From an uncultured bacterium (GTDB taxonomy: Bacteria > Chloroflexota > UBA5177 > JANWHV01): a stretch of 64,000 bases of DNA. Shown here piece by piece: positions 26,853 to 37,175 of the stretch. A program made the position numbers and the translations under genes. Location of the stretch: the NCBI GenBank assembly GCA_963827235.1, contig CAWHAE010000015.1, forward strand, positions 18,741 through 82,740. Direction: 5' to 3'. The notes under the pieces were generated by a model. That model worked only from the letters and a program-made list of their open reading frames with translations. It had not been told where the DNA came from and made no database searches. Every line of letters starts with the position of its first letter. Positions within the stretch are counted from its first letter, which is position 1.

Positions 26853-28606
26853 TGCCTGATTGGTTGACCGGCAACGCCGTGATGCAGTGGGCGCTCTACA
26901 GCGTTATCCTGCTGCTCACGGCGAAGCCCGTCGGCACGCACATGTACCGCGTGTTCACCGGTGGGCGGACCTTTTTGCACCGCCTGGTGCGGCCCGTGGA
27001 AGCCGGGATCTACCGGATGGTGGGGGTCGACGAGCAGGAGGAGATGACCTGGTTCGGCTATCTCCTGGCCTCGTTGTTCTTCAGCGTCGTCGGCCTGATC
27101 CTGACCTACATCATCGAGCGCACGCAACAGTGGCACGGCAGCTTCTTCAATCCGCAGGGCTTCCCCAACGTGCCCTCGCTCCTGGCCTGGAACACCGCCG
27201 CCAGCTTCACCACCAACACCAACTGGCAGAACTACGGCGGCGAGACCACCATGAGCTACCTCACGCAGATGACCGGCCTGGCCATGCACAACTTCTTCTC
27301 GGCTGCAACCGGCATCGTGTGGGCGGTGGCCCTGGTGCGTGGCCTGGCGCGGCGCTCGGCAGGGGCAATCGGGTCGTTCTGGGTCGATCTGGTGCGCTGC
27401 TTGCTCTATATCCTGCTGCCGATCTGTATCTTCTACGGCCTCTTCCTGGTGTGGCAGGGCGCGCCGGAGAACTTCAGCGCCTACACCGTGGTACACACGC
27501 TCGAGGGCGCCAAGCAGGTCATTGCCCAGGGACCAGTCGCCTCACAGGAAGCGATCAAGATGCTGGGCACCAACGGCGGCGGCTTCATGAACGCCAACTC
27601 GGCACATCCCTTCGAGAATCCCACGCCGCTCTCCAACTTCGTCGAGATCCTCTCCATTTTCCTGATCGGCTCCGGTCTGGTCTACATGTTCGGCAAGTGG
27701 GTGGGGAACACCAAGCAGGGCTGGTCCATCTGGGCCGCCATGTTCGTCCTGTTCTCCATCGGCTTCTTCACCGCGGTGGTAGCCGAGCAGAAGGGCGATT
27801 CGCTGATCGCGGGCGCCGCCCACGTGATGACCGCGGCGACCAGCAGCCCCTACCAGCCCGGCGGCAACATGGAGGGGAAAGAGGTGCGCTTCGGCATCGT
27901 CGACTCCGCCCTCTTCGCCACCATCACCACCGATGCCTCATGTGGGGCCATCAATTCCTGGCACGAGAGCTTCACGCCGATCGGCGGTCTGGTACCGCTG
28001 ACCAACATCGCCACGGGCGAAGTGATCTTCGGCGGCGTGGGGGCAGGCATGTACGGCATGCTGATGTACGCCATTCTGGCGGTGTTCATCGCCGGGCTGA
28101 TGGTGGGCCGCACGCCCGAATACCTGGGCAAGAAGATCGAAGCCTTCGAGATCAAGATGGCCAGCATCGCCTTGTTGATTTCACCCGCGAACATCCTGTT
28201 GTTCGCAGGGGCGGCTGTGCTGGGAGCCTGGGGCACGGCGTCGATCTTGAATGCCGGCCCGCATGGGCTCTCGGAGATCCTCTACATCTACACGTCGAGC
28301 AACGGCAACAACGGCTCGGCCTTTGCCGGCCTGACGACGAATACCAACTGGTACAACTGGAGCGGCGGCTTCGCCATGCTGATCGGGCGCTTCGTCTTCG
28401 TGACGCCGCTGATTGCCATTGCCGGCTCCATGGCCAGGAAGAAGACAGTGCCGGCGTCGCTGGGCACGTTCCCCACGGACGGCCCCACCTTCAGCGTGCT
28501 GCTGGTCTTCGTGATCATCATCGTGGCGGCGCTGACCTACTTCCCGGCCTACTGTCTCGGCCCGATCCTCGAGCAGCTGCTGCTCAACGCCCATCACGTG
28601 TTCTGA
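26852..28606 (+). CDS. kdpA: K+-transporting ATPase subunit A
   Basis: 584-aa polytopic protein with typical KdpA sequence ([25 protein letters not shown]). Confidence 0.95.
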   Translation: MPDWLTGNAVMQWALYSVILLLTAKPVGTHMYRVFTGGRTFLHRLVRPVEAGIYRMVGVDEQEEMTWFGYLLASLFFSVVGLILTYIIERTQQWHGSFFNPQGFPNVPSLLAWNTAASFTTNTNWQNYGGETTMSYLTQMTGLAMHNFFSAATGIVWAVALVRGLARRSAGAIGSFWVDLVRCLLYILLPICIFYGLFLVWQGAPENFSAYTVVHTLEGAKQVIAQGPVASQEAIKMLGTNGGGFMNANSAHPFENPTPLSNFVEILSIFLIGSGLVYMFGKWVGNTKQGWSIWAAMFVLFSIGFFTAVVAEQKGDSLIAGAAHVMTAATSSPYQPGGNMEGKEVRFGIVDSALFATITTDASCGAINSWHESFTPIGGLVPLTNIATGEVIFGGVGAGMYGMLMYAILAVFIAGLMVGRTPEYLGKKIEAFEIKMASIALLISPANILLFAGAAVLGAWGTASILNAGPHGLSEILYIYTSSNGNNGSAFAGLTTNTNWYNWSGGFAMLIGRFVFVTPLIAIAGSMARKKTVPASLGTFPTDGPTFSVLLVFVIIIVAALTYFPAYCLGPILEQLLLNAHHVF

Positions 28607-28622
28607 GAAGGAGTCGAATTCG

Positions 28623-30719
28623 ATGGCTATTCAGGCTCCGCGAATGGAGCAACAGGCGCCGCGACGGCCGCTGGGCGACGAGCGGCGGCGCAGCAAATCG
28701 CTGGCCCTGTTCGACCCGAACATCACGCGGAAGGCAGCCGGCGAGGCCGTCCGGAAGCTCGATCCTCGCGTGCAGCTGCGCAACCCGGTGATGTTCGTGG
28801 TGCTGGTCGGTGCGGTCGTCACGTCCGTGGAGTTCGTGCGATCACTCGTGACCAGCGGGTTGGCCGGCGACCGCGGCTTCACGCTGCAGGTCGCCGTCTG
28901 GCTGTGGTTCACCGTGCTCTTTGCCAATTTCGCCGAGGCCATGGCAGAGAGCCGCGGCAAGGCGCAGGCAGATACGCTGCGCAGGACGCGCACCGACGCC
29001 CAGGCTAAGCGTCTCGACAGCCGCGGCGCCGTGCAGATCGTCTCTGCCACGGAGCTGCGCAGGGGCGACCTGGTGCTGGTCGAGGCCGGCGATCTGATTC
29101 CCGGCGACGGCGATGTGATCGACGGCGTTGCCTCGGTCAACGAGGCGGCGATCACCGGCGAGAGCGCGCCGGTGATCAAGGAACCCGGCACCGACATCCG
29201 TTCGTCGGTGACGGGCGGCACCACGATCCTCAGCGACAGCTTGAAGATCCGCATCACCGCCAACCCGGGCGAGACGTTCATCGATCGCATGATCGCCCTC
29301 GTAGAAGGCGCCAACCGGCAGAAGACCCCCAACGAGATCGCGCTGAACATTCTGCTGGCTTCGCTGACCATCATCTTCTTGCTGGCCGTCTACACCCTGC
29401 AGCCGTTCGCCGTCTACTCCGGCAGCCCCGTGGACGTGACCACCCTGGTGGCCCTCCTGGTCTGCCTCATCCCCACCACGATCGGCGGCCTGCTCAGCGC
29501 GATCGGCATTGCCGGCATGGATCGCCTGGTCCAGTTCAACGTGCTGGCCATGAGCGGCCGGGCGGTGGAGGCGGCCGGCGACGTCGACACGCTGCTGCTG
29601 GACAAGACGGGCACTATCACTTTCGGCAACCGCATGGCCTTCGAGTTCGTGCCCGTCAAGGGCCACACTGAGGCCGAGCTGATCGACGCCGCCCTCCGCT
29701 CGAGCCTGGCCGACGACACTCCCGAGGGGAAGAGCATCGTCACCCTGGCCACCGAGCGCGGTGCCGTCGTGGACAGGGCCTTCCTGGATGGCGCCGAGCT
29801 GGTGCCCTTCACGGCGCAGACGCGCGTGAGCGGCGTGCGCCGCAACGGGCACCAGGTCATGAAGGGTGCCGTGGACGCCATCGTGGCTGCCACGCCCAAT
29901 CCGCCGCCCGATCTGCAGACCATCGCGGACCGCATTGCGAGCGAGGGCGGAACGCCGCTGGCGGTGGCGCGCGACGGCGAGGCGCTGGGCGTCGTGTACC
30001 TGAAAGACACCGTGAAGCCGGGCATGCGCGATCGCTTCGACGAGCTGCGCCGCATGGGCATTCGCACCATCATGGTCACCGGAGACAACAAGCTCACCGC
30101 CGCCACGATCGCCAGAGAGGCCGGCGTCGACGACTTCCAGGCAGAGAGCAAGCCGGAGGACAAGATCGCGCTGATCCGGCGCGAGCAGGCCGACGGCAAG
30201 CTGGTCGCCATGACCGGCGACGGCACCAACGATGCGCCGGCCCTGGCCCAGGCGGACGTCGGCGTGGCCATGAACTCCGGCACCCAGGCGGCCAAAGAGG
30301 CCGGCAACATGGTGGATCTGGACAGCAACCCCACCAAGCTGATCGAGATCGTGGCCATCGGCAAGCAGCTGTTGATCACGCGCGGGGCGCTGACCACCTT
30401 CTCTATCGCCAACGACGTGGCCAAGTACTTCGCCATTCTGCCGGCCATGTTCAGCAGGCAGTTCCCACAGCTCGGCGCGCTCAACGTCATGCACCTGTCC
30501 ACGCCGCACTCGGCGATCACGGCCGCCGTGATCTTCAACGCGTTGATCATCGTGGCGCTGATACCGCTGGCCCTGCGCGGCGTGAAGTATCGCCCGCTGG
30601 GCGCGGCCCAGATCCTGCGCCGCAACCTGTTGATCTACGGCCTTGGCGGGATCATCATTCCCTTCCCCGGCATCAAGATCTGCGATCTGATTCTGACCGG
30701 CCTGCACCTGACCGTGTGA
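28623..30719 (+). CDS. kdpB: K+-transporting P-type ATPase subunit B
   Basis: DKTGTIT phosphorylation motif, [15 protein letters not shown]. 698 aa. Confidence 0.95.
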   Translation: MAIQAPRMEQQAPRRPLGDERRRSKSLALFDPNITRKAAGEAVRKLDPRVQLRNPVMFVVLVGAVVTSVEFVRSLVTSGLAGDRGFTLQVAVWLWFTVLFANFAEAMAESRGKAQADTLRRTRTDAQAKRLDSRGAVQIVSATELRRGDLVLVEAGDLIPGDGDVIDGVASVNEAAITGESAPVIKEPGTDIRSSVTGGTTILSDSLKIRITANPGETFIDRMIALVEGANRQKTPNEIALNILLASLTIIFLLAVYTLQPFAVYSGSPVDVTTLVALLVCLIPTTIGGLLSAIGIAGMDRLVQFNVLAMSGRAVEAAGDVDTLLLDKTGTITFGNRMAFEFVPVKGHTEAELIDAALRSSLADDTPEGKSIVTLATERGAVVDRAFLDGAELVPFTAQTRVSGVRRNGHQVMKGAVDAIVAATPNPPPDLQTIADRIASEGGTPLAVARDGEALGVVYLKDTVKPGMRDRFDELRRMGIRTIMVTGDNKLTAATIAREAGVDDFQAESKPEDKIALIRREQADGKLVAMTGDGTNDAPALAQADVGVAMNSGTQAAKEAGNMVDLDSNPTKLIEIVAIGKQLLITRGALTTFSIANDVAKYFAILPAMFSRQFPQLGALNVMHLSTPHSAITAAVIFNALIIVALIPLALRGVKYRPLGAAQILRRNLLIYGLGGIIIPFPGIKICDLILTGLHLTV

Positions 30720-30734
30720 TAAGGAGACAAGCGT

Positions 30735-31376
30735 ATGGAATCAGTAACGACCCTTGCTGAGCGCGAGCGTGGCACGATACGCCCGTCACGAACGTCATTG
30801 GGCAATACACTGCGCATCAGCGTGGCGATGACGATTGTGTTGACCATTCTCGTGGGCGTGATCTACCCGTTCTTCATGACCGGCGCGGCCCAGGTGCTGT
30901 TCCACGACCAGGCCAACGGCTCCCTGATCAAGGGCCCGAACGGCCAGATCGTGGGATCGTCCTTGATCGGCCAGAACTTCACCAAGCCGCAGTACTTCCA
31001 CCCGCGGCTCTCGGCCGCGGGCACCGGCTACGATGCCAGCAACTCCGCCGGCACCAACCTGGGCCCGACCAGCGCCACGCTGTTGAAGAACACAATCGCC
31101 CAGGCCAACGCCATCCGCAAGGAAGACGGGCTGCCGCCCAACTATCCCCTGCCGTCCGATGCGGTATCAACGTCGGCCAGCGGGCTCGACCCCGACATCA
31201 GCCCGGCCTACGCCGCGCTGCAGGTGCCGCGCGTGGCCAGAGTGCGTGGCCTGACGCAGTCCCAGGTGCAGGGCCTGGTGCACAAGTACACCAGCGATCG
31301 CACGCTCGGCGTGCTCGGGGAGCCGCGCGTCAACGTCCTGGAGCTGAACGTCGCCCTGGATCAGCTGGAGAAATAG
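30735..31376 (+). CDS. kdpC: K+-transporting ATPase subunit C
   Basis: Single N-terminal TM and typical KdpC motifs (GSSLIGQ.F, F.PR.SA, SGLDP.ISP..A..Q). Confidence 0.9.
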   Translation: MESVTTLAERERGTIRPSRTSLGNTLRISVAMTIVLTILVGVIYPFFMTGAAQVLFHDQANGSLIKGPNGQIVGSSLIGQNFTKPQYFHPRLSAAGTGYDASNSAGTNLGPTSATLLKNTIAQANAIRKEDGLPPNYPLPSDAVSTSASGLDPDISPAYAALQVPRVARVRGLTQSQVQGLVHKYTSDRTLGVLGEPRVNVLELNVALDQLEK

Positions 31377-31387
31377 CGAGCACGACC

Positions 31388-31972
31388 ATGACCCTTGGCA
31401 GGATTCTCGTCTTGTATGATGGCAGCGAGGCCGCGGACAGGCTGTTGTCCATGGCCTGCGAGGCGGTATGGCAGGCCGGATGCGTCATGCCTCTGTACGT
31501 CACGCGCGTTCCTCCCGTGCTCCCGCTCGCGCCGCTGCCTCGCTGGTACGACGACGAGGGGCAGCAGGCGCTGGATAGGGCCGAGACCGTGGCCTGGCAG
31601 CACGGCTGCAGGGTCGATTCCTGGCTGGTGCGGTCGCGCGAGCCCGCCGATGCGATCGTGTCCGTGGCACGCGACGGGGAAGCCGATGCCATCTTCCTGC
31701 CTCTTGGCGGTTGGCGACATCCGGTCCGGCACCTGCAGGCCCGATTCCAGGCTCGGTGCGTGGCCTGCGCCGCTGCCTGCCCGGTGCTCGTCGGCTCCTC
31801 GCGGGACCTCGGTAGCGCCCGGCGGGCCGATCAAGCAGGCGCCGGCCTGTCCGATCCGCTTGCCATGCTCGGCGGCACCTTGCTGCCGCCGGCGCACGGG
31901 CTGCATTGCCGATTGCTGCAGCCGCGCCAGGGCAGAGTTCACCGCTTGGTGCGCTTGCATGTACCGTACTAA
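31388..31972 (+). CDS. Usp-like (universal stress protein fold) protein with a ~60-aa C-terminal tail
   Basis: ILVLYDGSEAADRLL...ADAIFLPLGG...CPVLV pattern. The ATP-binding G-x2-G-x9-G(S/T) motif looks degenerate. Confidence 0.55.
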   Translation: MTLGRILVLYDGSEAADRLLSMACEAVWQAGCVMPLYVTRVPPVLPLAPLPRWYDDEGQQALDRAETVAWQHGCRVDSWLVRSREPADAIVSVARDGEADAIFLPLGGWRHPVRHLQARFQARCVACAAACPVLVGSSRDLGSARRADQAGAGLSDPLAMLGGTLLPPAHGLHCRLLQPRQGRVHRLVRLHVPY

Positions 31973-32203
31973 GCACATGGTCATCAACTTGGCACGGCTG
32001 CGACGTGCGTCTGCCTGCGGGGTGTATCGCGTCTACTCGCCGGAGCTGCAGGCGGACCAGTGCGAGTCGCCCCGATCTGTGTTCGACGGAGAATGCGCGA
32101 GCTGTTTCCGGCTACCTGCGTTTCCGCGGCGGCGATCGTATGCCGGGTGCATCGCGGCAGTGGACCGGACATCGTTCCGGCCGGGAAGAGGCGCGGCACA
32201 TGT

Positions 32204-33382
32204 ATGGCTAGAGATCTGGAACGGCCCGATCCCGACGAGCTGCTGGCGCGGATCAAGGCCGACGAGCAGCCGGCAAAGGGCAGGCTGCGTGTGTACCTCG
32301 GCGCGGCCCCCGGTGTGGGCAAGACGTTCACCATGCTGCAGGAAGCCCACCGCCGGAAGGAGCGGGGCACGGACGTCGTGATAGGCTTCGTGGAGACACA
32401 CGGCCGGCCGCACACGGCCGAGCAGATCGGGGATCTCGAGGTTGTGCCGCCGCGGGAAGTCCCTTACAAGGGCGTCGTGGTGCGCGAGATGGATACGGAG
32501 GCGGTGATCGCGCGGCACCCGCGCGTGGCGCTGGTCGACGAGCTGGCGCACACCAACGTGGCGGGCTCGCGGCATGCCAAGCGCTACGAGGACGTGCAGG
32601 ATCTGCTCATGGCGGGTATTACTGTGCTCTCCACGCTGAACATTCAGCACATCGAGAGCCTCAACGACGTCGTGCACCAGGTCACCGGCATCAGCGTGCA
32701 CGAGACCGTGCCCGACTGGGTGATCGAAGAGGCCGATCAGGTCGAGCTGATCGACATGGCCCCGGAGGCGCTCATCCAGCGCATGCGCCACGGCAACATC
32801 TATCCTCCGGAACAGGCGAGGCGTGCCCTCGAGAACTTCTTCACCGGCGCCAACCTCACGGCGCTGCGCGATCTGGCGCTGCGTGCCACGGCCAGAGGAG
32901 TGGAGGAGCGCCTCAGCCGGTACATGCGCGGCCGTGACGATCACTACCTCCACGCGGCGGTCACCGATCGCATCATGGTCGCGGTCGATCACCAGCCGGT
33001 AGGCAAGACGCTCATCCGGCGGGGCTGGCGCATTGCCGCCGCCATCAAGGCGGACCTCATCGTGGTGCACGTCCAGCCCGATCGCGGTGCTCGCGCTGCC
33101 CAGACCGTGGAGGACGATCGTCACCTGCGGGCCAATCTGCAGCTTGCCGATGAGCTGGGGGCGCAGATCGTCCGTCTGCGCGGCGACGTGGTGGAGGAGC
33201 TGGTGGCGTACGCGCAGGCCAACAGCGTGACGCAGATCGTGATCGGCCAGCCCCGCCGCGGCCGTTGGGCAGAGCTTCTGCAGGGCTCGGTGACGCACGA
33301 CCTCCTGCGCAAGGTGCGCGACATGGACGTCGTCGTCGTCGCCGATCCGGGCAAAGGATCGCGTCCGGGCAACGGCGCGTGA
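32204..33382 (+). CDS. kdpD: KdpD N-terminal sensor domain plus Usp domain only; no TM, GAF or kinase part
   Basis: Track ORF 32060..33382; Met49 (32204) chosen. GAAPGVGKTF Walker-A-like motif, VDELAHTN and STLNIQHIESLND typical of KdpD_N, then a Usp-like domain. Stops at 392 aa. Confidence 0.85.
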   Translation: MARDLERPDPDELLARIKADEQPAKGRLRVYLGAAPGVGKTFTMLQEAHRRKERGTDVVIGFVETHGRPHTAEQIGDLEVVPPREVPYKGVVVREMDTEAVIARHPRVALVDELAHTNVAGSRHAKRYEDVQDLLMAGITVLSTLNIQHIESLNDVVHQVTGISVHETVPDWVIEEADQVELIDMAPEALIQRMRHGNIYPPEQARRALENFFTGANLTALRDLALRATARGVEERLSRYMRGRDDHYLHAAVTDRIMVAVDHQPVGKTLIRRGWRIAAAIKADLIVVHVQPDRGARAAQTVEDDRHLRANLQLADELGAQIVRLRGDVVEELVAYAQANSVTQIVIGQPRRGRWAELLQGSVTHDLLRKVRDMDVVVVADPGKGSRPGNGA

Positions 33383-33395
33383 AGAGAGAAGGCGA

Positions 33396-33794
33396 ATGGC
33401 CGGCCGGATACTGGTGATCGAAGACGATCCGACGCTGTCACGATCGATTTGCCGCAATCTCACCGCCCGCGGTTACGCGACACAGGCGGCCATGACGGTT
33501 GCCGAAGCCACTGCCGCCATCTCCAGCGATCTGCCGTCGCTGCTGGTGGTGGATATCGATCTGCCGGACGGATCGGGGTGGGAGGTGCTGCGCGGCTTGC
33601 GCGAGGATGGGCACGAGGACGTGCGGGCAATCGTCATGTCCGCGCTCCGGCCCAACCCGCGGCTGGCGCGCGAGCTTGGCGTGATCGGTGTGCTCGAGAA
33701 GCCATTTCCCATCCAGTCTCTGCTGCGCCTGATTACCGGGCAGATAGAGCCACCGGCACGACCGCATTCCGAGGATAATGAAGCAAAGAGCTAG
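33396..33794 (+). CDS. Stand-alone response-regulator receiver domain (CheY-like)
   Basis: ILVIEDD...LLVVDIDLPDGSG...MSA...K pattern. 132 aa with no output domain. Starts 14 nt after the truncated kdpD. Confidence 0.8.
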   Translation: MAGRILVIEDDPTLSRSICRNLTARGYATQAAMTVAEATAAISSDLPSLLVVDIDLPDGSGWEVLRGLREDGHEDVRAIVMSALRPNPRLARELGVIGVLEKPFPIQSLLRLITGQIEPPARPHSEDNEAKS

Positions 33795-33863
33795 CGCCGG
33801 AGCGGCCGGCTGCCGGCGGCGGCGATGCCCGCCCGTGTCCGGCGGATTCGGTGGTGGTGAGGG

Positions 33864-34574
33864 ATGACCGCGGCGCATATCCTCGTGGTCGATGACGAGC
33901 CGGCGATCCTGCGCACGCTGCGCGCCAATCTGGTAGCCCGCGGCTACGACGTGGCGACCGCGGAGAGCGGCGAGGAGGCCGTGGCAAGCGCGCGCGACAC
34001 CGCGCCCGACCTCGTCATCCTCGATCTGATGCTGCCCGGGCTTTCCGGCCTGGAGGTCTGCCGCATCCTGCGCGACGATTCGGACAGCCCCATTCTCGTG
34101 CTGTCCGCGCACGGCGAGGAGCATCTGAAGGTGCGGGCGCTCGACCTCGGCGCCGACGACTATCTCACCAAGCCGTTCAGTATGAACGAGCTTCTGGCCC
34201 GCGTGCGCGCCCTGCTGCGCCGGCACCCAAGCGCGCCCGGCAGGCCGCACGTGCTGGTGCACGGCCCCTTCCACGTCGACCTCGATACACATCAGGCGAC
34301 GCGTGCCGGTCAGGCGCTGGATCTGACGCATCGCGAGCTCGAGATCCTGGCCTGCCTGCTGCGCCACGCCGAACAGGTGGTTACGCACCGCCTGCTACTC
34401 GAGGAGGTATGGGGTCCGGAATATGAAGACGAGACGCAGTACGTCCGCGTGTTCATCAACCGGTTGCGGCACAAGATCGAGCCCGATCCGGCGCATCCCC
34501 GGTACATCCTCACCGTGCCCGGCGTAGGCTACCGGCTGGTTGCCGAGGCCGGAGGGGATCGCGCGCCGGCGTAG
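33864..34574 (+). CDS. kdpE: OmpR-family response regulator, KdpE-like
   Basis: Receiver domain (ILVVDDE, DLVILDLMLPG, SA, YLTKPF) plus a winged-helix output domain (LTHRELEIL...VRVFINRLRHKIE...I.TVPGVGYRL). Confidence 0.85.
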   Translation: MTAAHILVVDDEPAILRTLRANLVARGYDVATAESGEEAVASARDTAPDLVILDLMLPGLSGLEVCRILRDDSDSPILVLSAHGEEHLKVRALDLGADDYLTKPFSMNELLARVRALLRRHPSAPGRPHVLVHGPFHVDLDTHQATRAGQALDLTHRELEILACLLRHAEQVVTHRLLLEEVWGPEYEDETQYVRVFINRLRHKIEPDPAHPRYILTVPGVGYRLVAEAGGDRAPA

Positions 34575-34716
34575 GCCCGAGCGGCATGGCCCCAAGGGAC
34601 AGGCCGGCGGAACGCGTCGCGTGGATCGAGATCCTGCCCTACCCGGCCCGGCAGATCCGTGGCGAGGGCACGGCCATTCGCGGCGACGCCTGCGCACGTC
34701 CGGCGACCGCCCCGCA

Positions 34717-35715
34717 TCAGCGCCTGCTGGTGCTGAAAGGATCGAGCGCGTCGCGCAGGCCATCGCCCAACAGGTTGACGCTCAGCACGGTGAGAAGAAT
34801 CATCAGGCCGGGATAGATGGCAGCCCAGGGAGCGGACGCCATGTTTGCCTGAGCGTCGGCCAGCATACTGCCCCAGCTCGACGTGGGCGGCTGCACGCCG
34901 AAGCCGAAGAAGCTCAGCACCGATTCCACGATGATGTTGTTGCCGACCAGCAGGGTGGCGTTCACCACGATCGGGGCGACGGCATTGGGCAGCAGGTGAC
35001 GGGCGATGATGCCTACCGGACCGACGCCCAGCGCCCTGGCCGCCAGAATGTAGTCGCGCTCCTTGAGCGAGAGAATCTCCGCGCGCACCAGTCGCGCGAT
35101 GTAGGTCCAGCTCACGGCCATGATGATCAGCACGATCATGGCGACATTCTGGCCTCCGGTGTCGCCGGCGATGAACGCGGAGAGTACGAAGAGCAACAGG
35201 TAAAGGGGGAAGGAGAGCATCAGGTCGGTCAGGCGCATCACGAGGTTGTCGACCCAGCCGCCGAAATAGCCGGCCACGGCGCCGAGAGTGGTGCCGAGCA
35301 CGATCGCGCTGAGCATGGAGCCGAAGCCGATCAGCAGCGAAATGCGGCCGCCGTAGAGAACCCTGCTGAACACGTCGCGCCCCGAGAAGTCGAGACCCAT
35401 GATGTGCGCGCTGGTGGGCGGGGCGCCGTCGAAGGCGGCGTAGTTCTCGTAGTTCGGGTCGTAGGGCGCGATCCACGGCGCCAGAATGGCCGAGCCGGCT
35501 AGCAGCACCAGCAGCACAGTGGCGACCAGGGCCAGCCTGTGCCTGCGAAAGCGCCGCCAGGCCAGGCTCAGGAAGCCGAGATGGGCGGTATCTACGCTCT
35601 CCGTTTGCACGGGGGCGTCGACGTGCGCCTCGGCTCTACCGGTTTTCGTATGGTCGACCGTGGTCATGCCATCTTCTCGTATGCGGTGCTCGGGTGGCTC
35701 ACGCGGCGGATTCAT
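34717..35715 (-). CDS. Opp/Dpp-type ABC permease (DppC/OppC-like)
   Basis: Track ORF with N-terminal OppC_N-like segment and an EAA-loop region (ARALGVGP..II.RHLLPN). Confidence 0.85.
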   Translation of the reverse strand: MNPPREPPEHRIREDGMTTVDHTKTGRAEAHVDAPVQTESVDTAHLGFLSLAWRRFRRHRLALVATVLLVLLAGSAILAPWIAPYDPNYENYAAFDGAPPTSAHIMGLDFSGRDVFSRVLYGGRISLLIGFGSMLSAIVLGTTLGAVAGYFGGWVDNLVMRLTDLMLSFPLYLLLFVLSAFIAGDTGGQNVAMIVLIIMAVSWTYIARLVRAEILSLKERDYILAARALGVGPVGIIARHLLPNAVAPIVVNATLLVGNNIIVESVLSFFGFGVQPPTSSWGSMLADAQANMASAPWAAIYPGLMILLTVLSVNLLGDGLRDALDPFSTSRR

Positions 35716-35717
35716 GG

Positions 35718-36668
35718 CTAGGAGTAACGGATGCGGGGGTCGAGCAGACCGTACATGATGTCGGCGATGATGTTGCAGGCGACGATGGTCACCGCCGAAA
35801 GCTCCATCATGGCCATCAAGACTGGGTAGTCACGCGCCTGCAGCGACTCGTAGAACAGCCGGCCCAAGCCCGGCCAGGCAAAGATCGTTTCGGTGATCAC
35901 GGCACCACCGAAGATGGTGCCGCAGTCGAGGGCGACGACCGTCACCAGGGGCGTGAGGGCGTTGCGGAAGGCGTGCTTGATCACGATCGTCACTCGTCTC
36001 ACTCCCTTGGCCCGTGCCGTGCGCAGGTAGTCCTGATGCAGCACCTCGAGCATGCTGGAGCGCAGGTAGCGGCTCCATGCCGCGATGAAGTTCAGCGACA
36101 GCACGACGGCGGGCAGGATCAGGTGATGGATCTGATCCCACAGGGTTGCAGGCACCCCTTCGGTCACCTGGCCGCCGGTGGGAAACCAGTTGTGCTGCAC
36201 GGCAAGACCGAGGATCAGCATCTCGGCGAACCAGAAGACCGGCATGGAAATGCCGATGTACGACAGCACGGTCAGCACGTAGTCGAGGATCGAATACTGC
36301 TTGACCGCGGCGACGATGCCGAGCGGCAAGGCGCAGACGAAAGCGAGCAGGAACCCAGTGCCCAGAAGCTGCAGCGTGGCCGGGATACGATCGCCGATCA
36401 CGGTGGCGACGGGCTGGCCGTTGGTGTACGTGTTGCCAAGATCGAGATGAATCGTACCCCACAGCCATTTCACGTACTGGATGTACCAGGGCTTGTCCAG
36501 CCCCAGATTGACGACCATGTCGTGTTGTGCCTGGGCACTCATGTGCGGGCTGAACGCTACCTGCGCCGGACCGCCTGGGATGAGCTGCAGCAGGAGGAAG
36601 AGTGCCACGCTGATCACGATCAGAAGGGGAACGGCCTGTAGCAGCCGCCGGGCAATGTAGGTGGTCAC
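35718..36668 (-). CDS. Opp/Dpp-type ABC permease (DppB/OppB-like)
   Basis: Track ORF 35718..36728. GTG at 36668 gives the canonical (M)TTYIARRLLQAVPLL start, preceded by AAGGA. TARAKGV EAA motif. Confidence 0.85.
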   Translation of the reverse strand: MTTYIARRLLQAVPLLIVISVALFLLLQLIPGGPAQVAFSPHMSAQAQHDMVVNLGLDKPWYIQYVKWLWGTIHLDLGNTYTNGQPVATVIGDRIPATLQLLGTGFLLAFVCALPLGIVAAVKQYSILDYVLTVLSYIGISMPVFWFAEMLILGLAVQHNWFPTGGQVTEGVPATLWDQIHHLILPAVVLSLNFIAAWSRYLRSSMLEVLHQDYLRTARAKGVRRVTIVIKHAFRNALTPLVTVVALDCGTIFGGAVITETIFAWPGLGRLFYESLQARDYPVLMAMMELSAVTIVACNIIADIMYGLLDPRIRYS

Positions 36669-37175
36669 CGCTGCTGTCCTTATGCACTGCCATTCGAACC
36701 GAGCGCCGTCATCACCGCGTATGACCACAAGCGCTCAGCACGTCGCTAGGCAGGCATTACAGTGCTTGACGCGGCCAGACCGTCCCGGTCGTTCTTTTCG
36801 CTCAACGACCTGATCTTAACTCATGCGAGCGACGTCTTTGCTGAAATGGGGTGAGAGTGTCCGTCGCGCGTTGTACCGCGCCTCATACAAATCAGGGCAC
36901 GCGCCCAACGCGTATGGGCGCGGGAAGGCGCAACCGCACTGTTATGCGGTATGTTCATTGCGTGTAGCCGTGACAGGTGGTGGGAGGAGCCTGCCAGGCG
37001 CCAGGGAGACGCGCAGACGACGCCGCGCCACCCGCTCGACACTCCAAGGAGGTGCTATGCAATAACGCCAGACGGGAGATTCGCCCGTCAACCCGTCGAG
37101 AGCTCGTCATTGTCGCCGTGATCTCCAATTGGATTTCCTGCTCTGAGCTTTGCAGAGTGCGAGGATCGAGACAAT

